A stretch of 64,000 bases of DNA from Candidatus Latescibacterota bacterium (GCA_965197905.1 CBDAOB010000005.1:768001-832000); one strand, 5' to 3'; positions 16,529 through 27,213 are shown, counted from the first letter of the stretch. Notes: generated by a model not told the origin, from the sequence alone. Made by a program: numbers and translations.

Positions 16529-18478
16529 ATGGTTGATGGGAACTCTTTCTCAAAACCGGTGACGATCCCCGGGTTGGTCGAGGTCAAAGCGACCCAGGTT
16601 TCGCCACCACCAGGTTGGGCGCTCCTGGAGCGCCAGTTGATGAAACTCATGGAGGACGCAGTTCAGCCGATGGTGGAGAAATACGCCGAGAAGGGCGGGG
16701 CCTTCTACTTCGCCGACGATGTGGACGACCTCTACGAACGGGTCTACAACTGGGGCCTGTTCTATGCCATGGGCGCAGACAGACAGGTGCTTGACCTGGC
16801 GCTGCAGTCGTGGAACGCGACCACCCGTTTCCACGCCGACGACATCGTCAGTCGCGTCCACCGCCGCTTCCACGCTCAGATCCACAACGAATACTACAAC
16901 CAGGAGGTCCCCGGTGCGAGTGAATGGTTCCATCAGGGCGAGGGGAACATGGCCTTCTACCACTTCGGCCTGGCCGATCCGACGATCTCGGAGAATTTCC
17001 GCCGCGCCAAACGATTTGCCGCGATGTTCATGGATGAGGACCCCGAGGCCGCCAACTACGATCCCGAACACCGGGTCTTCCGCAGCCCGATCCAGACCAG
17101 CGTCGGACCGTACGTCCACAGCAGCCTGGAGCACGCGACCTCGTGGCTTCAGGGGGGGATACCGAGCATCGGCGAGGCCTACCGCTGGTACGGCGTGCGG
17201 GCTACCCTCGATCCGGTCGTCGTGGACCTGGAGCCGGACTGGACGGAAAACCCGGAGCGTAGGGACGAGATCCTGAAGCTGTTCGATCAGGTCGTCCTCA
17301 ACGGCGATGTGGCCAACAGCCTGGGCGCGACCGCTCTCGTCACCAACGCCTACCTCTACACCGGCGAAGAAAAGTACAAGCAGTGGGTGTTGGACTATTC
17401 CGAAGCCTGGATCGAACGCATGCGGCGCAACGACGGCATCATGCCGGACAACGTCGGACCGACCGGTCAGATCGGCGAAAACCGGCAGGGCCAATGGTGG
17501 GGCGGGTTATACGGCTGGAACAGCTTCGTCGGTTACGGCATCATGTTCAGCTGCCTGACAATCGCTGCCGAATGCGCCGTCCTGCTCAGCGGCGACTTCA
17601 GCTATCTGGAACTGCTGCGCTCGCAGATCAAGGTCCTCATGGACAACGCTACCCTCCGTGAGGATGGGCACCTTACCCCACCGGCACGCTATGGCCCCGA
17701 TGGATGGTCGTACCATATGGGCCATCCGGATCCCGAGAAGGGGAGGGTCCAGCCGTTCCGCCTGCAGGAACCGACCCACCTCTACCACATCTCCATGGCC
17801 TCGGAAGACTACGACCTCATCGCCAGGATACGGGAGGCTGACAAAGAGCGCGACTGGAATGAGGTGCCGGTGGTTGGCGAAAAGAACTGTGGCGACACCG
17901 AGCTCGCCCGTTTCCAATACTACGATGGCAAGAATCCGGACTGGCCCGAGAAGGCCATGCGGGCCGATTACCAGAACGTCCTGAACGCCGTTCAAATGAT
18001 ACAAAACGAGGCCCGCGATCCCTTTACCTTGATCGCGGACAACCCCGGCTCCCCGAACCCGGTCTATACCAAAGCGCTGACCCAGGTGATGATGGGCGCC
18101 CCCCATTCGGTCTATACCGGAGGGCTCGTGCGGGGGACCTTGCGCTACTTCGATTCGGACCGCGCGCGCCCGGGGCTGCCGCTGGATGTGGCTGCCCTGG
18201 TGGACCGACTGGACGCCGACGGTGCCGGCGTGCAACTCGTTAACCTTAACCCAGGAAAGACGCGAAACCTGATCGTGCAGGCCGGGGCGTTCGCCGAGCA
18301 CCAGTTTGTCGAGCTGACCCATGAGGATAGGACTGTCCCGGTAGATTCGAAGTACTTCGCCGTCCAGCTTCCGCCCGGTTCGTCTATTCGGCTGGACCTC
18401 GGGATGCGGCGGTTCGCAAACCAACCGACCTACGCCTTTCCCTGGCACGGCGACAGCATACCGGTGCCGTACCAATAA
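16529..18478 (+). CDS. Conserved 649-aa protein of unknown function (paralogue 1; possibly a helical-barrel enzyme)
   Basis: Long ORF colinear with 22719..24668 and 61693..63693. Shared motifs DDxDDLYE, EWxHxGEG, PDNV, WWGGxYGW and YAFPWHG; no signal peptide. Confidence 0.8.
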   Translation: MVDGNSFSKPVTIPGLVEVKATQVSPPPGWALLERQLMKLMEDAVQPMVEKYAEKGGAFYFADDVDDLYERVYNWGLFYAMGADRQVLDLALQSWNATTRFHADDIVSRVHRRFHAQIHNEYYNQEVPGASEWFHQGEGNMAFYHFGLADPTISENFRRAKRFAAMFMDEDPEAANYDPEHRVFRSPIQTSVGPYVHSSLEHATSWLQGGIPSIGEAYRWYGVRATLDPVVVDLEPDWTENPERRDEILKLFDQVVLNGDVANSLGATALVTNAYLYTGEEKYKQWVLDYSEAWIERMRRNDGIMPDNVGPTGQIGENRQGQWWGGLYGWNSFVGYGIMFSCLTIAAECAVLLSGDFSYLELLRSQIKVLMDNATLREDGHLTPPARYGPDGWSYHMGHPDPEKGRVQPFRLQEPTHLYHISMASEDYDLIARIREADKERDWNEVPVVGEKNCGDTELARFQYYDGKNPDWPEKAMRADYQNVLNAVQMIQNEARDPFTLIADNPGSPNPVYTKALTQVMMGAPHSVYTGGLVRGTLRYFDSDRARPGLPLDVAALVDRLDADGAGVQLVNLNPGKTRNLIVQAGAFAEHQFVELTHEDRTVPVDSKYFAVQLPPGSSIRLDLGMRRFANQPTYAFPWHGDSIPVPYQ

Positions 18479-18617
18479 CGCACGCGCAGTTGGACGGGAC
18501 CCCAAACGAGAGCGTCTAGCCCGGAACTCCGACAAGACTCAGCTGTGCCCCGGCGTCGGCAGCGCGGGCCCGTTTGCAGGCCTCGCGTGCCTGGTCGCGG
18601 GCGTGTTCCGGGACGTT

Positions 18618-20222
18618 TTAGTGGGTATAGCTGACGTGCAGTTGGGCGGAATCCCAGACGAGAGGCGTCTGCATCGATTCGTCTCGTTTAGTCGCCAAAA
18701 GTTCAACCTCGTTTGGCCCCTTCTTCACCCGATCTGGATCCAGCCGGCATTCCAACCATTGCGATCCCGTTTGGGCAGCGCCGGTTGGCTTGAGATCGTC
18801 GAGCGATGCGCCGTTGAGTTTCACTGCGATCAGATCGCTATTCGCAGCACCCCAGAGGTGTATGCGGAATCTCAGCTCTGGGAAACTACCCGTCGTCGGA
18901 TCCTCCCCTACCTCAAAGCGGGCACTCACCGGTTTTCCTTGCTCTAGCTCCAGCTCGCGCACATCCTCGAAGCTGGAGTTGCCGGCGAATCGGTCGACGC
19001 CGAATAGCTTCTCCTTCCCGGCCAGCGTTTCCAGGTCGCCGATCTCGTGATAGGCCGGGATAGTGGCCCGGTGGAAACCGTTGAAGACGTAGATACCATC
19101 CGGACTGGCGTTCCACAGATTCATCGCTGCGCCGCGCCATGACGGCATCATCCCGTCCCAGGAATTGAGCGCCACGTAGTACGGCGTGTGCTCGCTGCGA
19201 AGGGCTTCGATCCACGCCTCGCGGGTCCGGTGCTCCTTTGCTCCGCCGTCGAGAAACCCCCAGTGCTGCCAGAACCCCCATCCGATACAGGGATAGACCG
19301 GCACCCCGTGTTTGTGCCCTAGCTCTACCATCTCCCCGAACGACTCGGTCATGATCGACTCCTGGAGACCGCCGGGCACCCACAGATCGATCAACCCCTC
19401 CTCCAACCAGCGCTCCACGTCGAGGCCAACGAACCGCGCGTCGGCAACGCTGAAGGGGGTGCGTGCGGCCACCAGCAAGGGACGTCCGCGCTTGCGACTC
19501 AGCTCCCCGACCATCTGCCAGACCCGGCGCACCAGATCGGTCATCGCCTCCAGGTTCTGCTCCCCGACCTCGCACCAATCGCGTGTTTCGGGGAAGTACG
19601 GAAAGCTTCGCAGAAAATCGAGCTCGACCCCGTCCACGTCGTACCCCTGGCACACCTCCTGAATGAGCGAGAAGATGTGCTCGCGAACCTCCGAATGACT
19701 GAAGTCCACCGCCGACCAGCTCCGCTCACCCGCCCCAGCATGATCAGACGCCGCGTTTGGCTTCTTCAGAAGAAACTCCGGATATGTCTGTTTGAATGGA
19801 GCCAGCCCATCCACCTGATGGTGGGACCCGCTAGGCCAGGCATCGTGGGTATCGTTCATGCGCAGCGACCAGAATACCTCCATGTCATGTTCGTGACCGA
19901 AGTCGATCTGGATCTGGAGGTTGTCGCGCCCATACCGGTCGATGAGCTCTCGGCCTATCCACTTGTCGTGGAATCCTCCCAGCTTCGTCTGGTGGGTGAA
20001 GGTGAGCCCCGAAAAGCATGTGGCATACCAGATGCTGTCGACCTCTGTGCCAAGCAACGGCACACTGCGCGCGTTCAAGAAGTCATCGATCAGCTCACCG
20101 TCGCCGCGCGCCATCAATCCCGCCTTGATATTGTTCTCGGTCTTGGCCACGACCACATCGTCGCCGTCGTTGTTGTAGATGATGCGACGTTTGCGCCAGC
20201 GCGCCGCTTCTCTGTCTGCCAT
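18618..20222 (-). CDS. GHL10/DUF187-like glycoside-hydrolase-type TIM-barrel protein
   Basis: Likely start MADREAARW at 20222. Motifs RRIIYNNDG, SLRMNDTH, DFSHSEVRE, YDVDGVELDFLR and DGIYVFN. Confidence 0.7.
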   Translation of the reverse strand: MADREAARWRKRRIIYNNDGDDVVVAKTENNIKAGLMARGDGELIDDFLNARSVPLLGTEVDSIWYATCFSGLTFTHQTKLGGFHDKWIGRELIDRYGRDNLQIQIDFGHEHDMEVFWSLRMNDTHDAWPSGSHHQVDGLAPFKQTYPEFLLKKPNAASDHAGAGERSWSAVDFSHSEVREHIFSLIQEVCQGYDVDGVELDFLRSFPYFPETRDWCEVGEQNLEAMTDLVRRVWQMVGELSRKRGRPLLVAARTPFSVADARFVGLDVERWLEEGLIDLWVPGGLQESIMTESFGEMVELGHKHGVPVYPCIGWGFWQHWGFLDGGAKEHRTREAWIEALRSEHTPYYVALNSWDGMMPSWRGAAMNLWNASPDGIYVFNGFHRATIPAYHEIGDLETLAGKEKLFGVDRFAGNSSFEDVRELELEQGKPVSARFEVGEDPTTGSFPELRFRIHLWGAANSDLIAVKLNGASLDDLKPTGAAQTGSQWLECRLDPDRVKKGPNEVELLATKRDESMQTPLVWDSAQLHVSYTH

Positions 20223-20227
20223 CTTAT

Positions 20228-22003
20228 TTACCCCTGGTTCATCCGCAGGTGTCGGCGCACCTTGCTCCAGCCTTCGATGAAAGGTCCCACCGGAACCTGG
20301 GCGACCGGATGCGCGCGGCCGAAGTAGTCGCAATCCAGCACCTCGTCGCGCTCCACCTGCAGTATCTCGTCTGCAGCCGAAAGCCAGGAAAGGATCTGGG
20401 TCTCCCGATCGAACTCCAGATCCAAGGAGACCACCCGGCTGTGGGCGTCGAGGCCTCTCTTCTGCCATTCAGCCAGGTCGTGCTCATCTCCCGCGCCGGC
20501 GATCAGGTTGTGATCCGACACGTTCTCCATGTCGTAGTAGTCGAGTGGAACGGCACAACCGACAATCACGTTGTTGATGACCTGATTGTTTTTGCACATC
20601 CCCACCCGGTCGCGCTGCTTGTTCTTCAACATCTGGATCCCTACGTCGCAATCCACCACCAGGTTGTGGGCGATCACCACCAGATCGCAGTCGTGCTGAT
20701 AGAGACCGCTACCGTGCGTAAACATCACGACGTTGTGATCTATCATGTTGGGCTCGTCCGAAGCCTCGAAGAATATGGCACCGTGGTAGGAGGAGATGTC
20801 GTGGGCCAGATTCCGGCATACCCGCGTGTTCCGGTTCTTGAAATCGATCCAGATAGCGGGACCGGCGTAACAGTGGTGAATGTGATTGCACTGCACGAGG
20901 GCGCCGAGGGTGCACAAGATTTTGATCCCTGCCGTCTCCCAGTACGGCTCCGCCTCCTGCCAGCCGCAGTGGTGAATATGGTTGTTTGCGATTACCGACC
21001 GCGCGACGACGGTTCCCTGGATGCCGCCGGTGCCACAATCGTAGACGTGATTGCGGCGCACGATGTGTCGGCCGGTCGCGTCCTTTAACTCATCCGTTAC
21101 GGCGGTGTGCTCGCGTTCGTCGGTAAAGGCCCCGATCTCTATACCTACCGAATTGATGTGTCGCACCGTGATCTCTTCGATGATCCAGTGGTGTCCCCCC
21201 CAGGTCGTCACCGCCCCCGTTCCAGAGCGCGGAAAACCGTTGCCCGCATGGTCGAAAGTGAGCCCTTTGACGCGGATATATCCCAACCCCTTCACCACGG
21301 GATTGAGCAGGTACTGTCGGGTCGTCGCTTCGAACTCGGCGCCGTTGGGATTGGTGTAACCGAACGGTTTGACGTGCAGCTTCTTCTCTTCCAGGTCGAT
21401 CCAGAAAGATCCCGGGACGCGATGCATATCCTCGTAGGTGGCGAGCTGGGTCATGCGGCGGCCATCCTCGAAAATCATAACTCGCCGGAAGGTAAAGGGG
21501 ACGTGCCCGCGCACATCCCTCGCCCAGCGCATGACGTCCATGTCTTCCTCGCCCGCATTTTCCAGTGAAAACGGGCGATCTTCGGCAAAATACTCTTCTG
21601 GAAGATCGGTTTCCCAGGCATTCATCGAGCGCCGGCGCGGCGACTGGGAGAGCCGCCACTCGCCGGTCAAAAGGTCGGACCCGCGCACAATCGCGTCTGC
21701 ACCGGGCGCGGCCTCGTAGCTGATCATCCTGTCGACTCCGGAGCCCCCTTGCTTGGGTTTGATCCACTCGCGGTATACGCCCGACTTGATCAACACCTTT
21801 TCACCCGGCTCGAGCAGCTCGGCGGCGCGCTGGATCGTAAGAAACGGCGCCTCTTCCGTACCCGGGTTTCGATCAGCGGCTTCCGGATGCTGCTGATCGA
21901 CGTAATACACCCTGCCGTATTCAGTTTCATCTTCCCAGTGCTCGAACTCCGTGCCATCCGGAAGTCTCGCAAGTGGACTTTGTTCAATCGAACTTGCATT
22001 CAT
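20228..22003 (-). CDS. Right-handed parallel beta-helix protein (DUF1565-type N-terminus, GH120/pectin-lyase-like fold)
   Basis: YYVD...NPGTEEAPFLTIQRAA...PGEKVLIKSGVYRE, followed by repeated NxIHHC/IWID beta-helix turns. Start at 22003 after a GGGAGA RBS. Confidence 0.8.
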   Translation of the reverse strand: MNASSIEQSPLARLPDGTEFEHWEDETEYGRVYYVDQQHPEAADRNPGTEEAPFLTIQRAAELLEPGEKVLIKSGVYREWIKPKQGGSGVDRMISYEAAPGADAIVRGSDLLTGEWRLSQSPRRRSMNAWETDLPEEYFAEDRPFSLENAGEEDMDVMRWARDVRGHVPFTFRRVMIFEDGRRMTQLATYEDMHRVPGSFWIDLEEKKLHVKPFGYTNPNGAEFEATTRQYLLNPVVKGLGYIRVKGLTFDHAGNGFPRSGTGAVTTWGGHHWIIEEITVRHINSVGIEIGAFTDEREHTAVTDELKDATGRHIVRRNHVYDCGTGGIQGTVVARSVIANNHIHHCGWQEAEPYWETAGIKILCTLGALVQCNHIHHCYAGPAIWIDFKNRNTRVCRNLAHDISSYHGAIFFEASDEPNMIDHNVVMFTHGSGLYQHDCDLVVIAHNLVVDCDVGIQMLKNKQRDRVGMCKNNQVINNVIVGCAVPLDYYDMENVSDHNLIAGAGDEHDLAEWQKRGLDAHSRVVSLDLEFDRETQILSWLSAADEILQVERDEVLDCDYFGRAHPVAQVPVGPFIEGWSKVRRHLRMNQG

Positions 22004-22419
22004 ATCCAGTTCTCCCTTTTCATTTGTCCCTCTCGCCATCCAACGGCCCGGCGAGAGGTTCAGTGCCCTTTGCCGATAATCCAGAAGATCGCAGATAACC
22101 CGCACGAAGTCGCAGCCATCCGGTCTCGGCATTCCCTCGTATTCAGGCAGACCTCGCAACAATCTGCTTTCTTCTGGTCGTATAGAGAAGCATTGGGTGG
22201 GGGCTTGCGCAAGAAGTGAGGCTCCTTCGGTAGCTCTGCGGGGTCCATGAAGCCGACGTAATAGAACTCCGTTGTGAAGACGAACCACCTTTTGATCGAG
22301 CGCGGCTGCCTCGTTCCGAGATCTTGTCTGGGCCGACGCCGGCCTCGAGGTGTGGGTTGACCATGGCACATGGGGAGGGCGCGGAGCAGCCTCAAGTGGT
22401 AGATGGCCGACCACCTCTT

Positions 22420-22515
22420 AGTGACTTTTATGCGTACAGTGACTATGATTCCGGCTTGCCGGCAGTCACGGTGAATACCCTTGGCAAGGGCAGAGCGATC
22501 TACGTATGTGCGGGT
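22420..22515 (+). pseudogene. Possible fragment of a beta-galactosidase trimerisation-type domain
   Basis: DFYAYSDYDSGLPAVTVNTLGKGRAIYV resembles the PAVTVNxxGKGRAxY signature; no intact ORF. Confidence 0.35.
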
Positions 22516-22718
22516 GGTCGGTTGTCTGCCGTGCCAGAATATCTCGATCCCTCAGACACCTGGGTTCAATGAGTCCGGTACATGGCGAACCAGAAGGGTC
22601 AGCATACCAAGCGCGCACTCTTCGGGATGCAGGCCACCGCAAAAGCGCCTGATCCGCGAAGTTAGAATGAAGGAATACACATGGAAACGCAATCAGACTA
22701 TGAATTGGAGGCGCGAAT

Positions 22719-24668
22719 ATGGCTGATGTGGGCTCTTCTTCGAAACCGGTGACGGTCCCCGGATTGGTCGAGGTCAAAGCGACACAGGTTTCGCCGCCCC
22801 CGGGCTGGGCGCTGCTGGAATGCAAGTTGATGAAACTCATGGAGGAAGCCGTTCAGCCGATGGTCGACAAGTACGCGGAAAAGGGAGGGGCCTTCTACTA
22901 TGCCGACGACGTGGACGACCTGTACGAAAGGGCTTATAACTGGGGCTTGTTCTATGCCATGGGGGCAGATCGACAGGTGCTCGACCTTGGGTTGCAGCAG
23001 TGGCACGCAACCACCCGTTTTTTCGCCGACGATATCGTCAGTCGCGTTCACCCCCGCTTCCAACCTCAGATCCACAACGAATACTATAACCAGGCCTCTG
23101 CCGGTGCGAACGAGTGGTACCACCAGGGCGAGGGCAACATGGCCTTCTACCATTTCGGTTTGGCCGACCCCACCATTTCGGAGAACCTGCGCCGCGCCCG
23201 GCGATTTGCGGCCATGTTCATGGATGAAGATCCCGAAGCCCTCAACTACGATCCCCAGCACAAAATCATGCGCAGCCCCGTACCGACCAGCGTTGGCCCC
23301 ATGCGCCACGCTACTGTCGAACATGTGCTGATGTGGCTTCATGACCACCAGAGAAGTTTTGAGGCGGGGAAGCGCCCCTACAAGGCACGGGCCACGCTCT
23401 ATCCGGTGGTCAAGGACCTGGAGGCGGACTGGTTCGAAAACCCCGAGCGTCGAGACGAGATCCTAAAGCTGTTTGACGAAATCGTGCTCAACGGCGACGT
23501 CCCCCACAGCCTGGGTTCGACCGCTCTCGTCACCAACGCCTACCTCTACACCGGAGAAGACAAGTACAGGCAGTGGGTGCTGGACTATACGGGAGCGTGG
23601 ATGGAGCGCATCCGACGCAACGGCGGCATCCTGCCCGACAACGTCGGGCCTACCGGCCAGATCGGCGAGAATCGTCAGGGCCAGTGGTGGGGCGGGCTCT
23701 ACGGCTGGAACAGTTTCGTCGGTCACTACATCATGTTCACCTCGCTGACCATCGCCGCCGAATGCGCCCTCCTGCTCACCGGCGACTTCGGCTACCTGGA
23801 ATTGCTGCGCTCGCAGATCAAACTGCTCATGGAGAACGCCATCACCCGCGATGACGGCCAGCTCACCCTGCCGGCCCGCTATGGCCCGGACGGCTGGGAA
23901 TACACCATGGAGAACTACAGCTATGAGCAGGGCAGGTTCGTACCCTTCCGCCTGCAGGAGCTCGCCCACCTCTACCACGCCTCCATGGCGGCCGAAGACT
24001 ACGACCTCATCGCCAGGATACGGGAGACCGACAAAGAGCGCGACTGGAATGAGGTGCCGGTCGTTGGAGAAAAGAGCTATGCCGATACCGAATTGGCCCG
24101 CTTCCAGTACTACGACGGCAAGAACCCCGACTGGCCCGAGAAGATCCTGCAGGCCGAGTACCAGAATGCTCAGACCGCCTTCGAGACGATACAAAACGAA
24201 ACCCGCGATGCTCAGACCCTGATCGCAGACAACCCGAGTTCCCCGAATCCGGTCTACACCAAGGGCTTAACGCAGGTGACAATGGGCGCACCGCAATCGG
24301 TGTACACGGGAGGGCTCTTGCGCGCGACCGTGCGTTACTTCGATTCAGACCGGGCCCGGCCCGGTTTGCCGCGCGACGTGGCCGCTCTGGTCGACAAACT
24401 GGACTCCGAGCGCGCCGGCGTTCATCTAGTCAACCTGAATGCCAGCGAGACGCGAAACCTGATCGTCCAGGCCGGGGCGTTCGCCGAGCACCAGTTTGTC
24501 GAGCTGACCTATGCGGATCAGACCGTTCCCGTGGAGTCGAAGTACTTCGCGGTCCAACTGCCACCTTCTGCATCCATCCGGCTGGATGTGGGTATGCGCC
24601 GCTTTGCCCACCGTCCCACCTATGCTTTTCCCTGGCACGGGGACGAGATACCAGTGCCGTACCAGTAG
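22719..24668 (+). CDS. Conserved 649-aa protein of unknown function (paralogue 2)
   Basis: GGAGG RBS; closely colinear with 16529..18478. Confidence 0.8.
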   Translation: MADVGSSSKPVTVPGLVEVKATQVSPPPGWALLECKLMKLMEEAVQPMVDKYAEKGGAFYYADDVDDLYERAYNWGLFYAMGADRQVLDLGLQQWHATTRFFADDIVSRVHPRFQPQIHNEYYNQASAGANEWYHQGEGNMAFYHFGLADPTISENLRRARRFAAMFMDEDPEALNYDPQHKIMRSPVPTSVGPMRHATVEHVLMWLHDHQRSFEAGKRPYKARATLYPVVKDLEADWFENPERRDEILKLFDEIVLNGDVPHSLGSTALVTNAYLYTGEDKYRQWVLDYTGAWMERIRRNGGILPDNVGPTGQIGENRQGQWWGGLYGWNSFVGHYIMFTSLTIAAECALLLTGDFGYLELLRSQIKLLMENAITRDDGQLTLPARYGPDGWEYTMENYSYEQGRFVPFRLQELAHLYHASMAAEDYDLIARIRETDKERDWNEVPVVGEKSYADTELARFQYYDGKNPDWPEKILQAEYQNAQTAFETIQNETRDAQTLIADNPSSPNPVYTKGLTQVTMGAPQSVYTGGLLRATVRYFDSDRARPGLPRDVAALVDKLDSERAGVHLVNLNASETRNLIVQAGAFAEHQFVELTYADQTVPVESKYFAVQLPPSASIRLDVGMRRFAHRPTYAFPWHGDEIPVPYQ

Positions 24669-24719
24669 CGAAAGGCCATTCCTCATTCTATTCTGTGGTT
24701 ACAGAGCGAAAGGGAGACG

Positions 24720-25958
24720 ATGAGCAAGCTTGAGATTCGCGATGTTCGGGCGATTATCACGCAGCCACCGGGTGCGCGTACTCTCACGGTGGTGAAGGTG
24801 GAAACCAACGAGCCGGAGATCTACGGCGTGGGATGCGCCTCATTCTGCACGCGACCGACTGCTGTTGCCGCCGCGGTGGACGATTATCTGAAGCCTTTTC
24901 TGTCCGGCAAAGACCCGGCTGACATCGAAGATATCTGGCAGTCGTGTTATGTGTCCTCCTACTGGCGCAGCGGGCCCGTCCTAAACAATGCCCTCAGCGG
25001 CGTGGACCAGGCACTGTGGGACATCAAGGGTAAGGTAGCGGGAATGCCGGTGTACGAGCTGTTCGGCGGCAAATCAAGGGAGGCAGCGGCGGTGTACGTG
25101 ATTCCTAAAGGACAAGACCCCGAGGAGTACGAAGAACATGTGCGCGTGCTACTGGAACGAGGCTTCCGCCACATCAAGCTCGGATGGGGGGGTGCGTTGA
25201 CGGAACATGATAAGGATTACTACGAACCGGCCGTCATTACCAACAAGGCCGCCATAGACAGCGGGACCATCCTCGAGCCGACGCCGATCGCCCGCAATAT
25301 CGTGCGCGCTTTTGAGCAGTTCCGCGCCACCTTTGGCCCCGAACCGGAGATCCTCTTCGATGTCAAGGCGCATATGCCTCCTATTCAAGGGCTCGCATTA
25401 GCCAAGGACGTGGAGCAATTCAAACCATACTTCATGGAGGACCTTTTCACGCCGGAGGACAACGACTACTTTCGCCTCGTACGCGAGCAGACCAGCACGC
25501 CGATCGCCATGGGCGAGTTGTACAGCAATCCCCAGGAGGTTGTCCCGATGATTAAGGACCGGCTACTGGACTTTCTCCGGTTGCACATTTCGACCATAGG
25601 CGGGCTGACTCCTGCACGGAAACTGGCGGCGCTGTGCGAAGCCTTCAATGTGCGCACCGCTTGGCACGGCTCCGCCGATGTTTCCCCTGTGGGCCACGCG
25701 GCCAACCTCATGCTGGATATGAATGTGTGGAATTTTGGCGTCCAGGAAGCTTCGTGTTACCTGAACACCCATGAGACGTTGAAGGAAGTGTTCCCCGGTA
25801 CACCTGAAGTGCGCGGTGGCTACATGTGGCCCAACGGCAAACCGGGTCTGGGGGTGGACATCAATGAGGAGCTGGCCGCCCGGTACCCCCTCGAGGATCC
25901 GGGTGCTCGCAGCATTCGCTGGGTTACGCGGCGCGCTGACGGCACCGTGACACGGTAG
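24720..25958 (+). CDS. Enolase-superfamily RspA/ManD-like dehydratase (paralogue 2, altered active-site motif)
   Basis: Same motifs as 15028..16251, but DVKAH replaces DVHER. Confidence 0.85.
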   Translation: MSKLEIRDVRAIITQPPGARTLTVVKVETNEPEIYGVGCASFCTRPTAVAAAVDDYLKPFLSGKDPADIEDIWQSCYVSSYWRSGPVLNNALSGVDQALWDIKGKVAGMPVYELFGGKSREAAAVYVIPKGQDPEEYEEHVRVLLERGFRHIKLGWGGALTEHDKDYYEPAVITNKAAIDSGTILEPTPIARNIVRAFEQFRATFGPEPEILFDVKAHMPPIQGLALAKDVEQFKPYFMEDLFTPEDNDYFRLVREQTSTPIAMGELYSNPQEVVPMIKDRLLDFLRLHISTIGGLTPARKLAALCEAFNVRTAWHGSADVSPVGHAANLMLDMNVWNFGVQEASCYLNTHETLKEVFPGTPEVRGGYMWPNGKPGLGVDINEELAARYPLEDPGARSIRWVTRRADGTVTR

Positions 25959-25981
25959 GTTCATGGATCCCTAGTAAGCCA

Positions 25982-26731
25982 ATGGCAGAAGCAAAACTCC
26001 GCGTCCTCATCACCGGCGCCGCCGGCAATGTGGGTACGACCCTGTGGCAGGCGTGGGAGGAAGAGGACAAATACAAGCTGACCCTGGTCGATGTACGGCC
26101 GATCGAACACGCACGGTCGAGGACGGAGATCGGTGACGTCTGCGATCTTGGATTCATGCGCAGGATCTGTAGGCACCAGGACGTGCTTGTCCACCTCGCC
26201 TTCTTTAGGGACGTCGGCCCCGACAGCGACAGGATGAGCGACATCGGGCTATCGCTGGCGCTGTTTGAGACAGCCCGCAAAGCCGGCATCGGCAGGATCG
26301 TGCTCGCCAGTACTAACAAAGTCAACAGCGGCGACAAGAGCATGGGCGGCCGGTCTGCGTACACACCCGATCAGTTCAATCCTGGCAGCTGGTACGGCGC
26401 CATGAAAGGGATGGCAGAGATCGCCGGTCGTATGATGGTGAATGCTGGCGACATGCGATTCATCGCCATCCGCATAGGCACCTATTCCGGGCAGACCGAA
26501 CCGGACACTCTCCGTGCTTGCGGATACCTGCTGTCGCCGCGCGACTGCGTCCAGCTCTTCGGCCTGGCCGTCGACTACCAAGGACCGGAGAGGTTTCTCG
26601 TCACCTACGGTACCTCCGGCAACGCCTGGGGTTATCACTGTGGCCCCCTCGACATCGGTCCCGCGGTCGATGTCCTCGGATACAAACCACAGGACAACAT
26701 GATGCAGTTCCGGAGCCGGTTTGAGAGTTGA
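25982..26731 (+). CDS. NAD-dependent epimerase/dehydrogenase (extended SDR, uronate dehydrogenase-like)
   Basis: VLITGAAGNVG Rossmann motif, VHLA, ASTN, YGAMK (YxxxK), IRIG, LSPRD and LGYKPQDN. Confidence 0.82.
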   Translation: MAEAKLRVLITGAAGNVGTTLWQAWEEEDKYKLTLVDVRPIEHARSRTEIGDVCDLGFMRRICRHQDVLVHLAFFRDVGPDSDRMSDIGLSLALFETARKAGIGRIVLASTNKVNSGDKSMGGRSAYTPDQFNPGSWYGAMKGMAEIAGRMMVNAGDMRFIAIRIGTYSGQTEPDTLRACGYLLSPRDCVQLFGLAVDYQGPERFLVTYGTSGNAWGYHCGPLDIGPAVDVLGYKPQDNMMQFRSRFES

Positions 26732-26878
26732 TCGGCATGTCGTGATCTGCGCCGAGCCCCACACGCCGCAGACAGAGGCCGCATTCCTCCCCCGGACGAT
26801 ATTGGAACAAGCGCCCAACGGACCTTGAAAGATCGTCACCGCCTACATTTCGGAGACGGCCAAGCGCAAGCGCCAGAT

Positions 26879-27000
26879 TCAGTCCTCGGCGTAGACCGCC
26901 TCCCGCAGTCCCTTCACGTAGCCCACGGCGAACAGCCGCGCCAGGCGGTGTTCGTCGTCATGGGCGTCGTCACACATCTTCGGTAATGATCCGGGCGCAG
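26879..27000 (-). pseudogene. uxuA: C-terminal remnant of mannonate dehydratase (UxuA-like)
   Basis: LRPDHY-(1-nt gap)-KMCDDAHDDEHRLARLFAVGYVKGLREAVYAED*, near-identical to the C-terminus at 63812..64000. The rest of the gene is absent. Confidence 0.75.
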
Positions 27001-27213
27001 CCGGTCAAGCTGCTTTTCGGACAAATTGATTAATCTGCTATCATCGAAAGCGCGATCGTAGCATGGCGTACCCCGTATGCGCGCGGCGGCCGGCACCCGA
27101 CGCGCCGAATGACATCGAAACGGGGGGCATTGGCTGTCGCGAATTCGTTGAAAGATGACTCCGGCACATCTGTGCATGGCCAGGTACGGACCTTGGCACG
27201 CGATGAGATGTAA

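Noticed and set aside
22060..22395. Cys-rich 111-aa ORF (CCEVC) as a possible metal-binding protein
   Set aside because: No RBS or family motif; it lies in a degraded spacer and is probably gene debris that I cannot identify.
20223..22414. ORF-track starts at 20468 and 22414 for the GHL10-like and beta-helix genes
   Set aside because: The first extension overlaps the upstream gene and the second runs through degenerate spacer DNA; the starts at 20222 and 22003 fit better.
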